Part shown: in pieces, positions 22,958 to 33,987 of the stretch
Numbering within the stretch: the first letter of the stretch is position 1
Layout of the letters: every line of letters starts with the position of its first letter
Origin: Sporopachydermia quercuum
Lineage: Eukaryota
Direction of reading: 5' to 3'
Length of the DNA: 64,000 nt
NCBI GenBank assembly: GCA_001599295.1
Contig: BCGN01000004.1
Coordinates: 66,138 to 130,137, forward strand
Position numbers and translations under genes: made by a program
The notes under the pieces: generated by a model
What the model saw: the letters and a program-made list of their open reading frames with translations, nothing else
What the model was told of the DNA's origin: nothing
Databases searched by the model: none

Positions 22958-23519
22958 ATCACATGAAAGTTACTGAGAAGCGATATAGGAACGTGATAGC
23001 TAGTGAGACATCATCCCACGGAACACGCTTGGCCTGAACCGCATTCAATCCAAACGTGATAATAAACGAATTCATGTGATTGTATACTACTTAGCAACCA
23101 GCAACCTATATTTCAACACATTTTTCTTTATCTGAAACGCTGCAACTAATTTTCATTATTTTAGTAAACGTTCTATCTGTCACCTTCAGTTTTATCTTAT
23201 TCTTTATCTTATTCTTTATCTCTATCTTCATCTCCATACAGTCAGTCAACCCTCATATCTCTTCCTCTATAAACACCGACTCTCGGTTCACTTATCACTT
23301 CTTTTTGTCAATGAAAACAAAACCCGAACACACTGCTTCTTCCATCAACTTCCCATCTTTTCTATTCTTCAATTGTTTCTCATAACCCTTAGAAATCTCC
23401 TATATTGTAGCATCCTTTCTTATCATTAATTATTATTCAATTATCTGATCAAATGTTCCCCTGCACAGCACTTGCACGTGATAGTGATTCCCCACAAAAC
23501 AAAAATGCATTATCACATG
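22958..23519. promoter_or_regulatory. Cluster of six ATCAC[AG]T E-box-like bHLH sites upstream of the lipase gene
   Basis: Sites at 22958, 22990, 23053, 23073, 23475 and 23512, in both orientations. Confidence 0.45.
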
Positions 23520-24016
23520 AAAATTATTCCAAACTTTAAACCGAAGTTTAAACCCTCCGCCTCACATTTATGATGTAAAAGAGTTTGTAAAAGCAAAAGC
23601 AATAATCCAATCATCTTTATCTTTTATTGCATTCATTGCTTCTCTCAAATTTATTCTTTTCTTCGTATGAATTCATAAATAATGTATTAGTTAATACTAT
23701 CTAGTTTGCAATGGATTATTATGAATGGACATCTTAGATTCTTTTGATTGATTGGCCGTGTTTTTGTTTACTCTACTGTAACCAAATATCAGAAAAGTTA
23801 AGCACACTCAAAGATTACTGGGAACTTCTTTCTAGTAACAATCAATAATCTAGCAATACAATTGTATTTTATGTCATAATCATTGCAACCACAACAATTT
23901 TAATACATTTTGCATCAACATCTGGTTAAACCTGAATTGTTATCGCGTGTTGATCTCTAAATAGAGGAAGAAATCGGGGTTTCAAATCAAAAATCTACTA
24001 GCTCTCACAATTCACT

Positions 24017-26428
24017 ATGATCGACGATATAGTCGGCAGACCATCTTATTTTTTCAAGAAGTACCAGGTGCTTCTAGTAACATTATTCTGGATATCAGCA
24101 CTAATCAAAGGTCCTCGACATGGGCCTAAAATTCTAAATATTGCAAAGCTTTCTCAGATTTTCACAAAGAGATTTTCAGCTTGGCAGATATATGTTCTGT
24201 CAATGACATCTTACTATGTAATGAAGAATCTAGATAAGGTGTTTTATCTATTTCCACCACCACCTCTCAAAGATACATATTCAAGAAGTTTTTACAGAGT
24301 TTCTTGGATCTTAACTGCGTTGGATGCTGGATTCTGGACTGCCATGAATATTAAGCCTGCTCCATTGAAACACATTTGTTCGCTATTATTTACTCTTTAT
24401 TATATGGTGTTTGCTGAACAGGCCGAGTCAAAAGTAAGAAAGTACAACTCGATCTTGTCAGTAAAGCTGGCAAGAATTTCATGGAATAAAATGAATAATC
24501 CAGTAGTTAAGTTTATTGTTTGGTGTGCTACACCAAAGACAAAAATGAGAGAACATTTTCTTATTCCGAGACCAGAAGAGTCAAAATACCTTGATCCAAT
24601 TGAGTGTTACATGTGGTTTGATGGAACACCAACAGAATTAGAATATCAAACAAAAATCCTGCTTGATTTTCATGGCGGAGGATTCATTGCAATGAGTCCT
24701 GAAGAAACAGAACCAAATCTTGCCCAATGGGCTAAGAAGTTCAAGATACCCGTTATATCCATCAACTATAAAAAGGCTCCAGAATATCCGTATCCTTATG
24801 CGTTGCACGAGTGCTTTGATGCTTATGCCAGTATCATCAACTCCAAAGGAAAATGCGTGGGGCTAAACGGTAACTCTGTACCCGAGATCGTCTTGATTGG
24901 TGATTCAGCTGGTGGTAATTTATGTGCAGGTACTACATTGAAGATTCTAACTAATTTCAAATATGGTGTTTTACCTAAACCTAAAGGTTTGATTTTGGTT
25001 TATCCAGCGCTCGATCTCAATTATGCATGTGCTTTGACAGTTGAACAGTTACAACTAGTTAGGCAAGAGTCAATTGCTGAGAAGAAACCTGAACTAATGA
25101 ACCAAAAATCAGACTTCATTGGCCAGTTGTCAAGCGGAATACAATCAGTGACAAGTCTAGCGTCTTTGAATACAGGCTCTAAAAAGTCAGCATTTGCAAC
25201 AAAATCTTATTCTTCAAATCTATCCGCATTAGTTGAGGGTAACAGTCATGCTAGTTTGAATGATACACCGGAGTTACATTCTACATCTCCATCTCATATA
25301 AATCAAAAACAAAAAGATCTTCTGAAAACTCATTCATCAAGGAATATAGGAGTAGCTGCAGAATTACAACACAAGTTGGAAAGAAAGCATAACATCACAT
25401 CGACAGCTAAAGAAGAGGGAAATACAAATGACGAAAGCGATTCTGATGAGGGAATTGTATTAACACCATCACAAGATGTTTCGAGATCACTAACACCGCT
25501 TAGTCATAGCCCTCAAAAGGACCTCCATATACATCCATCAATATTATCTTCAGAGACTACAGCAACCAACGCACCGTTAGTAACCAGAGATGATGATTTA
25601 CCATTGATTGTAAACTCATCAGACCCCGACTATCCAGAAGAATTTGAAAGAACAAAGGAGCATTTCACCTTAAGCTCCAAAATTTCTTATGCAAACGATA
25701 GAATTCTAACCCCAGAAATGTTACGAGCAGTTTTATTACTATATATCGGTCAAGAAAAGGCACCAGATATTAATAAGGACTATTTTTTCTCACCTATTTT
25801 AGCACCATTGGAATTATTGAAACATTTCCCAAAAGTATGTTTGATATGTGGTGAAGCTGATCCGTTTGTTGATGACTCTATGCTATTTGCAGCTAAATTG
25901 CGTGAAGCAAAAAAAGATTTCTTCGTTCCAGAAAAGTCATTTGTTGAAACTTCCATCATCAAAGGAATCTCTCACGCTTTCATGCAAATGGAAAGTTTCT
26001 TACCCGAAGGTAAACTCGCTTGTAAGAAAATAGAATACTGGATTGAAGAACTGACCAATGTGAAGATGGTTAATGGTAAAGCTGTTCCAGTAGAAATACC
26101 AGATGTTGACAAGAAACCTGTAAAAGAAACTGCAGGTTTTAGGCAACTACTGGAAACTTTAGCTTCCGAAGTGAAGTCAACAGGTATATTCGCACCTATA
26201 CAACCGCCAACTTATTTTAATTCTGCATACTCACATGAACTCTCTAAAGAAAAACTAAACAAGACCGGGGGGAATCTCAGTGATATTGAGAAGAAGCGTT
26301 ATATAAGACGTTTAGCAAGAGAACAACTATGGAAAGAAATGACTTTCAAAGCAAGTGGCGATGTGATTTCTGAAAGAAATGTTCATACTGTTATGGGTGT
26401 GACAAGACAAGACCATGCTGTACTATAA
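24017..26428 (+). CDS. Hormone-sensitive-lipase-like alpha/beta hydrolase with an N-terminal membrane region
   Basis: HGGGF oxyanion motif, YKKAPEYPYP, GDSAGG nucleophile, and catalytic Asp and His motifs in 'GEADPFVDDS' and 'GISHAF'. Confidence 0.88.
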   Translation: MIDDIVGRPSYFFKKYQVLLVTLFWISALIKGPRHGPKILNIAKLSQIFTKRFSAWQIYVLSMTSYYVMKNLDKVFYLFPPPPLKDTYSRSFYRVSWILTALDAGFWTAMNIKPAPLKHICSLLFTLYYMVFAEQAESKVRKYNSILSVKLARISWNKMNNPVVKFIVWCATPKTKMREHFLIPRPEESKYLDPIECYMWFDGTPTELEYQTKILLDFHGGGFIAMSPEETEPNLAQWAKKFKIPVISINYKKAPEYPYPYALHECFDAYASIINSKGKCVGLNGNSVPEIVLIGDSAGGNLCAGTTLKILTNFKYGVLPKPKGLILVYPALDLNYACALTVEQLQLVRQESIAEKKPELMNQKSDFIGQLSSGIQSVTSLASLNTGSKKSAFATKSYSSNLSALVEGNSHASLNDTPELHSTSPSHINQKQKDLLKTHSSRNIGVAAELQHKLERKHNITSTAKEEGNTNDESDSDEGIVLTPSQDVSRSLTPLSHSPQKDLHIHPSILSSETTATNAPLVTRDDDLPLIVNSSDPDYPEEFERTKEHFTLSSKISYANDRILTPEMLRAVLLLYIGQEKAPDINKDYFFSPILAPLELLKHFPKVCLICGEADPFVDDSMLFAAKLREAKKDFFVPEKSFVETSIIKGISHAFMQMESFLPEGKLACKKIEYWIEELTNVKMVNGKAVPVEIPDVDKKPVKETAGFRQLLETLASEVKSTGIFAPIQPPTYFNSAYSHELSKEKLNKTGGNLSDIEKKRYIRRLAREQLWKEMTFKASGDVISERNVHTVMGVTRQDHAVL

Positions 26429-26953
26429 TATAACTTTGCAAATTTCAGTAAATATTACTTACTTTGCTCTGGAAAGATAAATATCAGAACCTTCAAACCA
26501 CTGGCCATTGATTGCTTACTGTTCTTCACTTCTTTACTAACAAATATTGCTTCTAGTTGTGGCAATGCTATACTGGCTTATGGTATGTGTATATTACTGA
26601 AATGGAGAGAAAATGCCTAACGATTTACAGCGTAAACGATATGACAAGTAGAGAATAACGTAGTCATATCTTGAGAATACTGTCGGCTTTCTAGTACATT
26701 TAACCTGTTCATAAATTCGTTTTTCATCTCTTTGATTGAATTCATTATCTTCCTTTGGGAGGTAATACTTTCTGTTTATATTTAGCTGTTCTGACAATAA
26801 ATCAAACATAATGATAGCATAGCCCAAACTAGTGAAGGTTTCATTGTTTCATTACCGTTATGTTGTNATTCATTTTCATCCATAAGAAAATGATTCTATC
26901 TGCATTATCTCACAGCTGCTGTTCACCTAGCTCCATATGGACTAGGCCTTTAT

Positions 26954-27398
26954 TCACTTTTTGAACCCCAGATCCTTTTTTAGCTCCTCTATAAATAGTG
27001 TACTAAATTTCTTTGACTTATGCAAAACTCCATCTTCAAACTCTCTACCTAAATAGAAAGCTGTTAGTAACGCTTATTTCCAAACATGAATTCCAAACAT
27101 CAGTTCGTAATACCACCATCCTTATCAACCTACTTGTTGCCCTTCGGTGCTTATGATAAGGGATACCATGAACATAGGCATGTATCCTCCTGACGATAGC
27201 ATGGAAACCCTGCGATTCTAATAACTAATAAGAAAATTAGTAACTAGACTTTTGTTTCCACCTTTTCAAAAAAAAATTTCATATCAATAGCAAAAACCAT
27301 CAAGAATGTATAATCAGTGCTGTTGTAGCTATATCTTGCAAGAACACACCGAATCGTACCTTTTTAGTTATAAATTGCTGCAGGACACTAAACACCAT
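26954..27398 (-). CDS. MRX7: MIOREX component Mrx7-like 74-aa protein; exons 27398-27360, 27224-27134, 27048-26954
   Basis: Spliced product MVFSVLQQFITKK-LLESQGFHAIVRRIHAYVHGIP...KKFSTLFIEELKKDLGFKK* resembles yeast Mrx7 (LLSSPGFHRFVRKVYRKVNGI...LFWDEMRSTFGF). Donors are GTACGA and GTAGGT; branches are TACTAAT and TACTAAC. Confidence 0.78.
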
Positions 27399-28897
27399 CT
27401 TGTATTTAAAAGTAATGTAAGAGTGCGCAACAAGTACTATAAATTGCGGTTGCCGTGGCTGGAAATAATATCAAAAGTGAATCTGATCAGCCAGTGTATC
27501 AATACTACCTGTTTGAAGATGATTCCTCTGCTCCAATTCTCATTCGTTTTGCTGATTGGATTATCTTTTATAAATCTTACTTCGTCGTGTTGAAAATCTG
27601 AGAAGGCTCCTCAAATATTTTGCCATAAGTTATTAAGTACCCAAAAGGGACAAATAATAGCAGGATATCCAGTCATTCTGGCCCATCTTTAGGGTCACTT
27701 TATATTAATGATAAGAAGAAAAGAAAGAAAAGTTGTTCGTTTATGTCGTACAAAGAACAATCTGTAAATCGGATATAAATAATTCAATCAGATCAGAACA
27801 ATATTATCCGAGATTTGACATTACCATCTCCGCTATGACATTAATTCAAAAGGGGAATTAATGCACCTTAGAAAGCCAATTAATGTCACCAGCTCACTCA
27901 AAGCATTTATTATTATCAAGATAAATTCATAACTATAGAGCAACATAAGTGATTATTTAACTCCTTAATAACTGAAGATCTATCTCAGAACATGAGTTTT
28001 AATGAAATTTAGCCAGTCTTCATATATTCCTCCCCGTACAATAATACAATGATAATACTTGTCCTCGACAAGAACTCAATAGCACTACAAAAATTACATT
28101 TATTGAATACCTCTCAATTTTTGCATGAGACAATAATTCGTTTTCCTTTTTTTGACTTTTCCCTTTTATGCAAATAATCTTCGTGTTNAGTTCGTTCATT
28201 CAGGTACATTATCTTCTGTTATCGATGAATAAATTAAGCTGGAATTGTCCAAAATAATAGTGAAGTAATAGTGGAATATATATTGTTCTTTCCTCCAACT
28301 GATGACAATAAGTTCTGTCCTTTTTCATTGGTAGCTTATCGCATTAATATATCATTCACTATCTTGAAAAACGATCATAGAGGATATCGAATTGATTTAT
28401 ATTATTCTCAATTGATTTGGAAGCAGATCCAACTGATAATTTACTTTGAATGCATGTTATTTAGGTATGTTGATAATAATCTATAGGCGGACAGCGGTGG
28501 AAACATATTTAATAATATGATAATTGTTGTTGTAATCTATGGATTGATTGATTTATGGGTCATTATGTGCAGATGATAATAGCAAACATTCAATAATAAT
28601 ATGGGAAGATACTTTTACCATTCTATTTCATTTATTGTTTTTCTATAAAAAATACAAATATTGATATTTGTTCGGACAAAACATAGATGAATAGTACTGT
28701 TGGTTGTGAATAACATAATGAGGTATAGCTCATGGTTATTTCCTATCTGACATATCTTTCTGCATACTAGCTGTTCTAGTAGTGTATGGATAACTTATCA
28801 ATATTTCTATACTTTTGATCGATATGCTAACAATAACATAAAGGACTGAAATAAAGAATTCACAACTAAACACTTTCAAATCTCTCAAAAGTTTTCA

Positions 28898-29062
28898 ATG
28901 ATTACCGATTCACAACTGAACAGCTTGGCCATATCATTAGGTGTCCTCACTATGGGTTTGATAGTAGTCTATCAAGCATTTACGGTTAACGTCAAATCAT
29001 TAACTGGTGAAGAGAGTGAAACTCATGGTAATAGCAAGAAAGTTGATAATGGCAAAAAATGA
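28898..29062 (+). CDS. OST4: Oligosaccharyltransferase subunit Ost4 (54 aa); probable 5'-UTR intron 28465-28843
   Basis: MITDSQLNSLAISLGVLTMGLIVVYQ matches the Ost4 signature MI(S/T)D.QLNSLAI..G. Confidence 0.92.
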   Translation: MITDSQLNSLAISLGVLTMGLIVVYQAFTVNVKSLTGEESETHGNSKKVDNGKK

Positions 29063-29784
29063 ATAATTGGAAATAAGATAATATAAAGTATAAATAAATC
29101 ATTGGTAATTGAAACATATACTAGAAGTAAGCAATAAACAATGGACATAGGAATAGAAGACGAACTTTATAAGTAAACAATTGATAGAACCTATTTATGT
29201 ATGAGATATTGACGACATCTGATTGAACAAGATAATCGAGAATAACAGCTGAAAATTCGCAGCTAACTCATATACAAACGATACTATATTTTATTTATTT
29301 CAACGACTTATTAAACTGGTAACGATGAATTGAGATTACACTACAGTATACAAATATAGTACCAAATTTGGTAGAATGCTCAAACCATCAAAATATCTCA
29401 TTGATGACACCTTTTTTTCCCTTCCTGTATCAATAGTCTCTTGTAGCTGCTGTCTCACTGGAAAGCAGTGCAAATATGGAAACGAACCTGTTATCATATG
29501 TAAAAACAATCATTATTGCTTGATAGAAAAGCTAGCATCTCAATTATGTGCGATGACATTTATTTCATCGTAACATTTTACTTTTCGTAATAACTGTTCT
29601 AAAAAATAGATGATTACAAAAAATCGGCAAAAACCATGCCACAACAGGCTATCTGTTATATTGAATGTTACTATTACCACTATACTTAACATTAATTAGT
29701 TGTTGTTATACTACCATATGAATAAACTGTCATCAACTAGTTTCCGTCTTCTTTTTATCTTCTATTCACCTTATGAACCATTTC

Positions 29785-32700
29785 CTATATATCATTCTCA
29801 CCAAGAATCTGTTTTGACAGTATAACAATTCTCTCTAATTCCCTCGTGACACCAGTGAACTCTCTAGAAAACGCCATACCATAGACTGTACGCCAATGCT
29901 CATATTCATACTTGGCTTCCCTTTCTCTATCAGCAACATCTTTATTACTATCTCCCAACGTCTCGTAGATACTGTTGCGATGACTGTTGTTAGCACTATC
30001 ATCAGCAGTACTAGGTGTATTACCTTTACTATTACCATCGACCAAACCTCCAATCACAGTAGCAACTTGCTGGTCAGCTTTCCATATTTCCAGATCTGCT
30101 ATAGCATCAAACAATCTTTTTCTTGCCATAACAACCCCTGGCAGATATCTAGGCACTGAGCATCTCATAGTGAAACAATTGCCTAAACAATACAGCACAA
30201 ATATAACAGATGCTACAGCATCTCTTCTATAAGATAACAAAGCTCTTGTTGTTTCTTCGTCTTGGTCATTCTCATAAACGTGAAAATATGATCCTGTGAT
30301 ACGTGCTTCTATCATTTGCTGTAGAACATTCTCACAGGAATTCAACAAATGCCTATAAGGTGTAATATTAAATGTACCTCTTAACGAAAACTCATGTTTG
30401 GTGAGTCTCAGCAAATCTCTAACAGCAAACAAATACTGAACAGTTCTGACTTCTCGAATATGGGCCAGTTCTAATGTTAACCCCGTTGGATCATCATCGT
30501 GATCTCGATATAAATATCTATCAGCAATAGATCTATAACTGTGAGATAAATGATTCAACGTAGCAGCTATACCATCCATCAATTCAAGCCGTGGCACAAA
30601 TGGCCATACCATCCATCCGGATAGAACAGCAATAACCATGCCAATAAATACTGCCAATGACTGAGTCCAAACCTGAGTAATTAACGTTTGATGCGATTCA
30701 TTATCAACTATTATATTTACTGTGACTATTGTAAATGTCAATAATCCCAATAACGCTGACCTTGGATACGCAGTTAAAATGTATCTATAAATCAACGGAA
30801 CAGAAATAATTAATGCAAATATAGAAACCACATATCCATTTGCATTAATTATTCCATCAGAATTTTTGTAATGAAATCTTGCCCTAATACTTAATCCCGC
30901 CCAAATAGCGGAAACGATCCAAAATGCGCTTCTCACCAACAAATCATACCAACTGCCAGAAACAATTTGTTTCATAAACAATAAACCCATCAAAGGGGCA
31001 ATCCAGCAGCGATATTTTTCATACCAACCATAACTCTGAGGTAGGAAACCAGGAAGTAGAAGTAGGATTTCGATTACTGCGAATTTGATCGANAATTTGG
31101 ATTCTTCACCGTTTAGTGTATGGAAAATCAACCATAATTTATATGAGAACGTAGTTGTATCTAGCGCTCTCGCATCGAAATCACTACGATCAACAGCTCT
31201 TATCGCAGGGGTCGCAGTTGCAGCGCCAGAGCTATGAACAACAGGAATCTCGGTTTCTGCGTGTCTTGATGTATTCACGTTATAAATTCTTTCAATAGCA
31301 TCTTCAACGTCCCTTTGAGACTGTCTGAAATTAAACGCTGTTTCACTTCCCTGATCGTGTAGTAATCTTCTGGACACTCTATTCAATGATCTTCTCAGCG
31401 GATAATAGGGAATATTTAAATAGTACTTGCCAATCTTAATGCTTGTGTTTTTATGATCTTCTTCGCATATTTTGATGAATTTCTTACCAATAGCTACAAT
31501 TTCCTTAGCTGATTGACGGCAGTATCTTACATACAAAAAGATATCAACGATTGTTGGATCTTCAGTGAAACTAGTACTGAACATGTCACTTTTGGTGAAT
31601 TCGAGGTATGCTTTATCAAGGATATGTACCTTATCGATTAGACGCTTGATTGTTTGTTGCAAATCACTAACTGTTGGGTCCTTGGAAAGATTAGTAGCCT
31701 TAGGCAGCTTTTTCATTAATAGGATTGATTTGCATAATTGAATCACAGCAAGCATTAATTCAATCATGTGAATTGTTGGTGATTCAAAAATCGATTTCAG
31801 TTCTGTAATGACTATCATATTGGTTCTTGCTTTCGTTTGAACGGTAGTGTCATTAAGTGAAGATACGTTGACATACGACTGGTTTCTTGATGCTGCTGGC
31901 GACCCAATTGGCGAATTAATGGCAGAATTGATGGGGGAATTCTTAGAAGAGAATAAACCAGATTGACTAGGAGATAAGGGGAAAAAATGATCATGCAGTA
32001 AATATGAACGTTCCATTTTGAAGTTTCTTCTATTTTTCTCGTTATTAATCAATCTATCACCAACCGTTTCGTTTGGATTAGAATTAGTAGTATTTCCATC
32101 ACCAATATTACTAGAGTAAACATCAAATCCTCTAAACAGTATACATCTACTAGGTAGAGCTCTTAGTGGGCCAATCAGCACTTGGATGCTATTTCTGATC
32201 AATTTCAAATCATCCTCTGAAATTATAGTAAACGTGAACTCGTTATTCAGATCACGGAACTTCTCAGAAATAGTAACAGAGACCCAATTTAACTGTTTCT
32301 GAGAATTAAACATTCGAATATCACCTTCATCTTGACTCATACTAGTAACAATTGCTTCTTCTAGTATAGAAAAGGAGTTATGTAAACCTGTTATTATATC
32401 TGTATTACCAAANTCTGGTACTGCCAAATTGACAGCCAAAGACAGAATTACACCAAACACGTATGGNACTACAGAATCAAACACTGAGCTTCTCCAATAG
32501 ATTTTTCCTGGTTCAATGGAGTAAGTATCCCTGCTATTAGATACACCACATATGAACAAAAGCATGAATAAGGCCGAGGTCAGAAGATGGAACAGTCTGG
32601 GATAATGACATCTAATCCAGCAGAAAACAAAAGCTCCAAGGACAAACGAACTGGCTTTGATTCCCATATTGCCAGAAATATGCCCAGCAGTGTGNGAGGC

Positions 32701-33987
32701 AATTAAAAGTGTGATGGAGCTCCAGCAAGTACCTACGGCTGTTCCAATGATCGACTGCAGTGTTAGTTCTATTTGAGAGCCGGAGGTGTGAGCAGGATGA
32801 TGAAGAATGACAGATAAAGGTAGGATGAAGCTATGGGAGCCAAGCCATGAGTTGACAGGTANTATAACAGATAGGATGAAAGCAACCATATAGGCTATGA
32901 TGAATTTCAGTAAGAATAGCAAATTTTGTATTCTTGGTTGGTAGATAGAAGTGTTGACGTAGAAATCCAGGGATGGGAAATTATGCTGCATGTTCTTTCT
33001 GAACGATGCAAAAAGGCTAGTCAGAAAGGACTCTGAGGACGGAGGCTCATTTGGAGGCCCATTTGGAGACTCTTTTGGGGGCTCATTTGGGGGCTCATTT
33101 GGGGGCTCATTGGAATGCCTATTAGAATGCTTATTAGAATGCTTATTAGGAAGTTTAAATGGAGAGTCACCAGCANACTTGGTAGTATTAATACCAGCTT
33201 TATCATTATAGCCCGTACTGTTCCGCCTGTTNTTTCTATGCCTCAATCCATGATTTGCATGCTTCCCATTCCTATCAGCCTCTCTATACTCTTCCACCTT
33301 ATTGATAGTCCCACTCTTGTGTGGTGGATATANAGCATCAAAAAACCCATCTCGTAGTTCTTCCAACCCGTATTGATTGAGACCTTCAGTATCTATTTTC
33401 AAGCCGAGCACCAGCTCATTCAACTGAACCTGAGAAGCTGATGTCCTTGGGGAAACTCTCCAGCCATGCTTTTTATGAAAGGGAACTGCGGGCGACGCGA
33501 ATCTTGTATGCACAGCATTACTGTTGATATATAGGTTATCGTAAGATGAGGCTCTACTTGGAAAAGCGCTATCAGATGCATTCGTTGAGAATCCTGATTG
33601 GAAATTAGCCATACTATTGTCTGCAGTAAGGGGATTTATATACCCAAAATTTGTATGGCTGCCGTTGTTGCTATTGCCAGGGAATGAAGGATGTAGAGAC
33701 AGGTATGATCCTGCATGATAAGAGCCAAGATGAGACGATAGCCCTGGTCTATCAGATTGGTTATTCAATTGTAGGTTTTGGAAAGAGCTTCTAGCTGAAC
33801 TTAGTAGTCTTTTATGCTGATGCTGATGTAAGTGAGAATCGTTACTTTCATTGGAAGCACTATTGATATCATCGCTTTTGCTCTTGTTGTCTTGTCTATT
33901 GGCACCGGAAACTGACTGAAGGATGTCGCGCGAAGAATCATCGCCAAGCTCAAACTTGGCCTTCCCCAGTTTTCTTTGTTTATCCAT
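29785..33987 (-). CDS. BRE4: Bre4-like FUSC/aromatic-acid-exporter family membrane protein
   Basis: 'YGLEELRDGFFDA', 'ILHHPAHTSGSQIE', two transmembrane blocks, and 'YRRDAVASVIFVLYCL...VPRYLP'. Confidence 0.82.
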   Translation of the reverse strand: MDKQRKLGKAKFELGDDSSRDILQSVSGANRQDNKSKSDDINSASNESNDSHLHQHQHKRLLSSARSSFQNLQLNNQSDRPGLSSHLGSYHAGSYLSLHPSFPGNSNNGSHTNFGYINPLTADNSMANFQSGFSTNASDSAFPSRASSYDNLYINSNAVHTRFASPAVPFHKKHGWRVSPRTSASQVQLNELVLGLKIDTEGLNQYGLEELRDGFFDAXYPPHKSGTINKVEEYREADRNGKHANHGLRHRXNRRNSTGYNDKAGINTTKXAGDSPFKLPNKHSNKHSNRHSNEPPNEPPNEPPKESPNGPPNEPPSSESFLTSLFASFRKNMQHNFPSLDFYVNTSIYQPRIQNLLFLLKFIIAYMVAFILSVIXPVNSWLGSHSFILPLSVILHHPAHTSGSQIELTLQSIIGTAVGTCWSSITLLIAXHTAGHISGNMGIKASSFVLGAFVFCWIRCHYPRLFHLLTSALFMLLFICGVSNSRDTYSIEPGKIYWRSSVFDSVXPYVFGVILSLAVNLAVPXFGNTDIITGLHNSFSILEEAIVTSMSQDEGDIRMFNSQKQLNWVSVTISEKFRDLNNEFTFTIISEDDLKLIRNSIQVLIGPLRALPSRCILFRGFDVYSSNIGDGNTTNSNPNETVGDRLINNEKNRRNFKMERSYLLHDHFFPLSPSQSGLFSSKNSPINSAINSPIGSPAASRNQSYVNVSSLNDTTVQTKARTNMIVITELKSIFESPTIHMIELMLAVIQLCKSILLMKKLPKATNLSKDPTVSDLQQTIKRLIDKVHILDKAYLEFTKSDMFSTSFTEDPTIVDIFLYVRYCRQSAKEIVAIGKKFIKICEEDHKNTSIKIGKYYLNIPYYPLRRSLNRVSRRLLHDQGSETAFNFRQSQRDVEDAIERIYNVNTSRHAETEIPVVHSSGAATATPAIRAVDRSDFDARALDTTTFSYKLWLIFHTLNGEESKXSIKFAVIEILLLLPGFLPQSYGWYEKYRCWIAPLMGLLFMKQIVSGSWYDLLVRSAFWIVSAIWAGLSIRARFHYKNSDGIINANGYVVSIFALIISVPLIYRYILTAYPRSALLGLLTFTIVTVNIIVDNESHQTLITQVWTQSLAVFIGMVIAVLSGWMVWPFVPRLELMDGIAATLNHLSHSYRSIADRYLYRDHDDDPTGLTLELAHIREVRTVQYLFAVRDLLRLTKHEFSLRGTFNITPYRHLLNSCENVLQQMIEARITGSYFHVYENDQDEETTRALLSYRRDAVASVIFVLYCLGNCFTMRCSVPRYLPGVVMARKRLFDAIADLEIWKADQQVATVIGGLVDGNSKGNTPSTADDSANNSHRNSIYETLGDSNKDVADREREAKYEYEHWRTVYGMAFSREFTGVTRELERIVILSKQILGENDI
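33041..33147. repeat. Coding 12-bp-period minisatellite in BRE4: (K/R)HSN x3 then EPPN-like x6
   Basis: ggrggctcattt-like units followed by gaatgcytatta units. Confidence 0.85.

Noticed and set aside
27165..27215. CTGACGA...GAAA resembling a hammerhead ribozyme core, with nearby hairpins
   Set aside because: There is no valid stem II, and the segment is the antisense of MRX7 exon 2.
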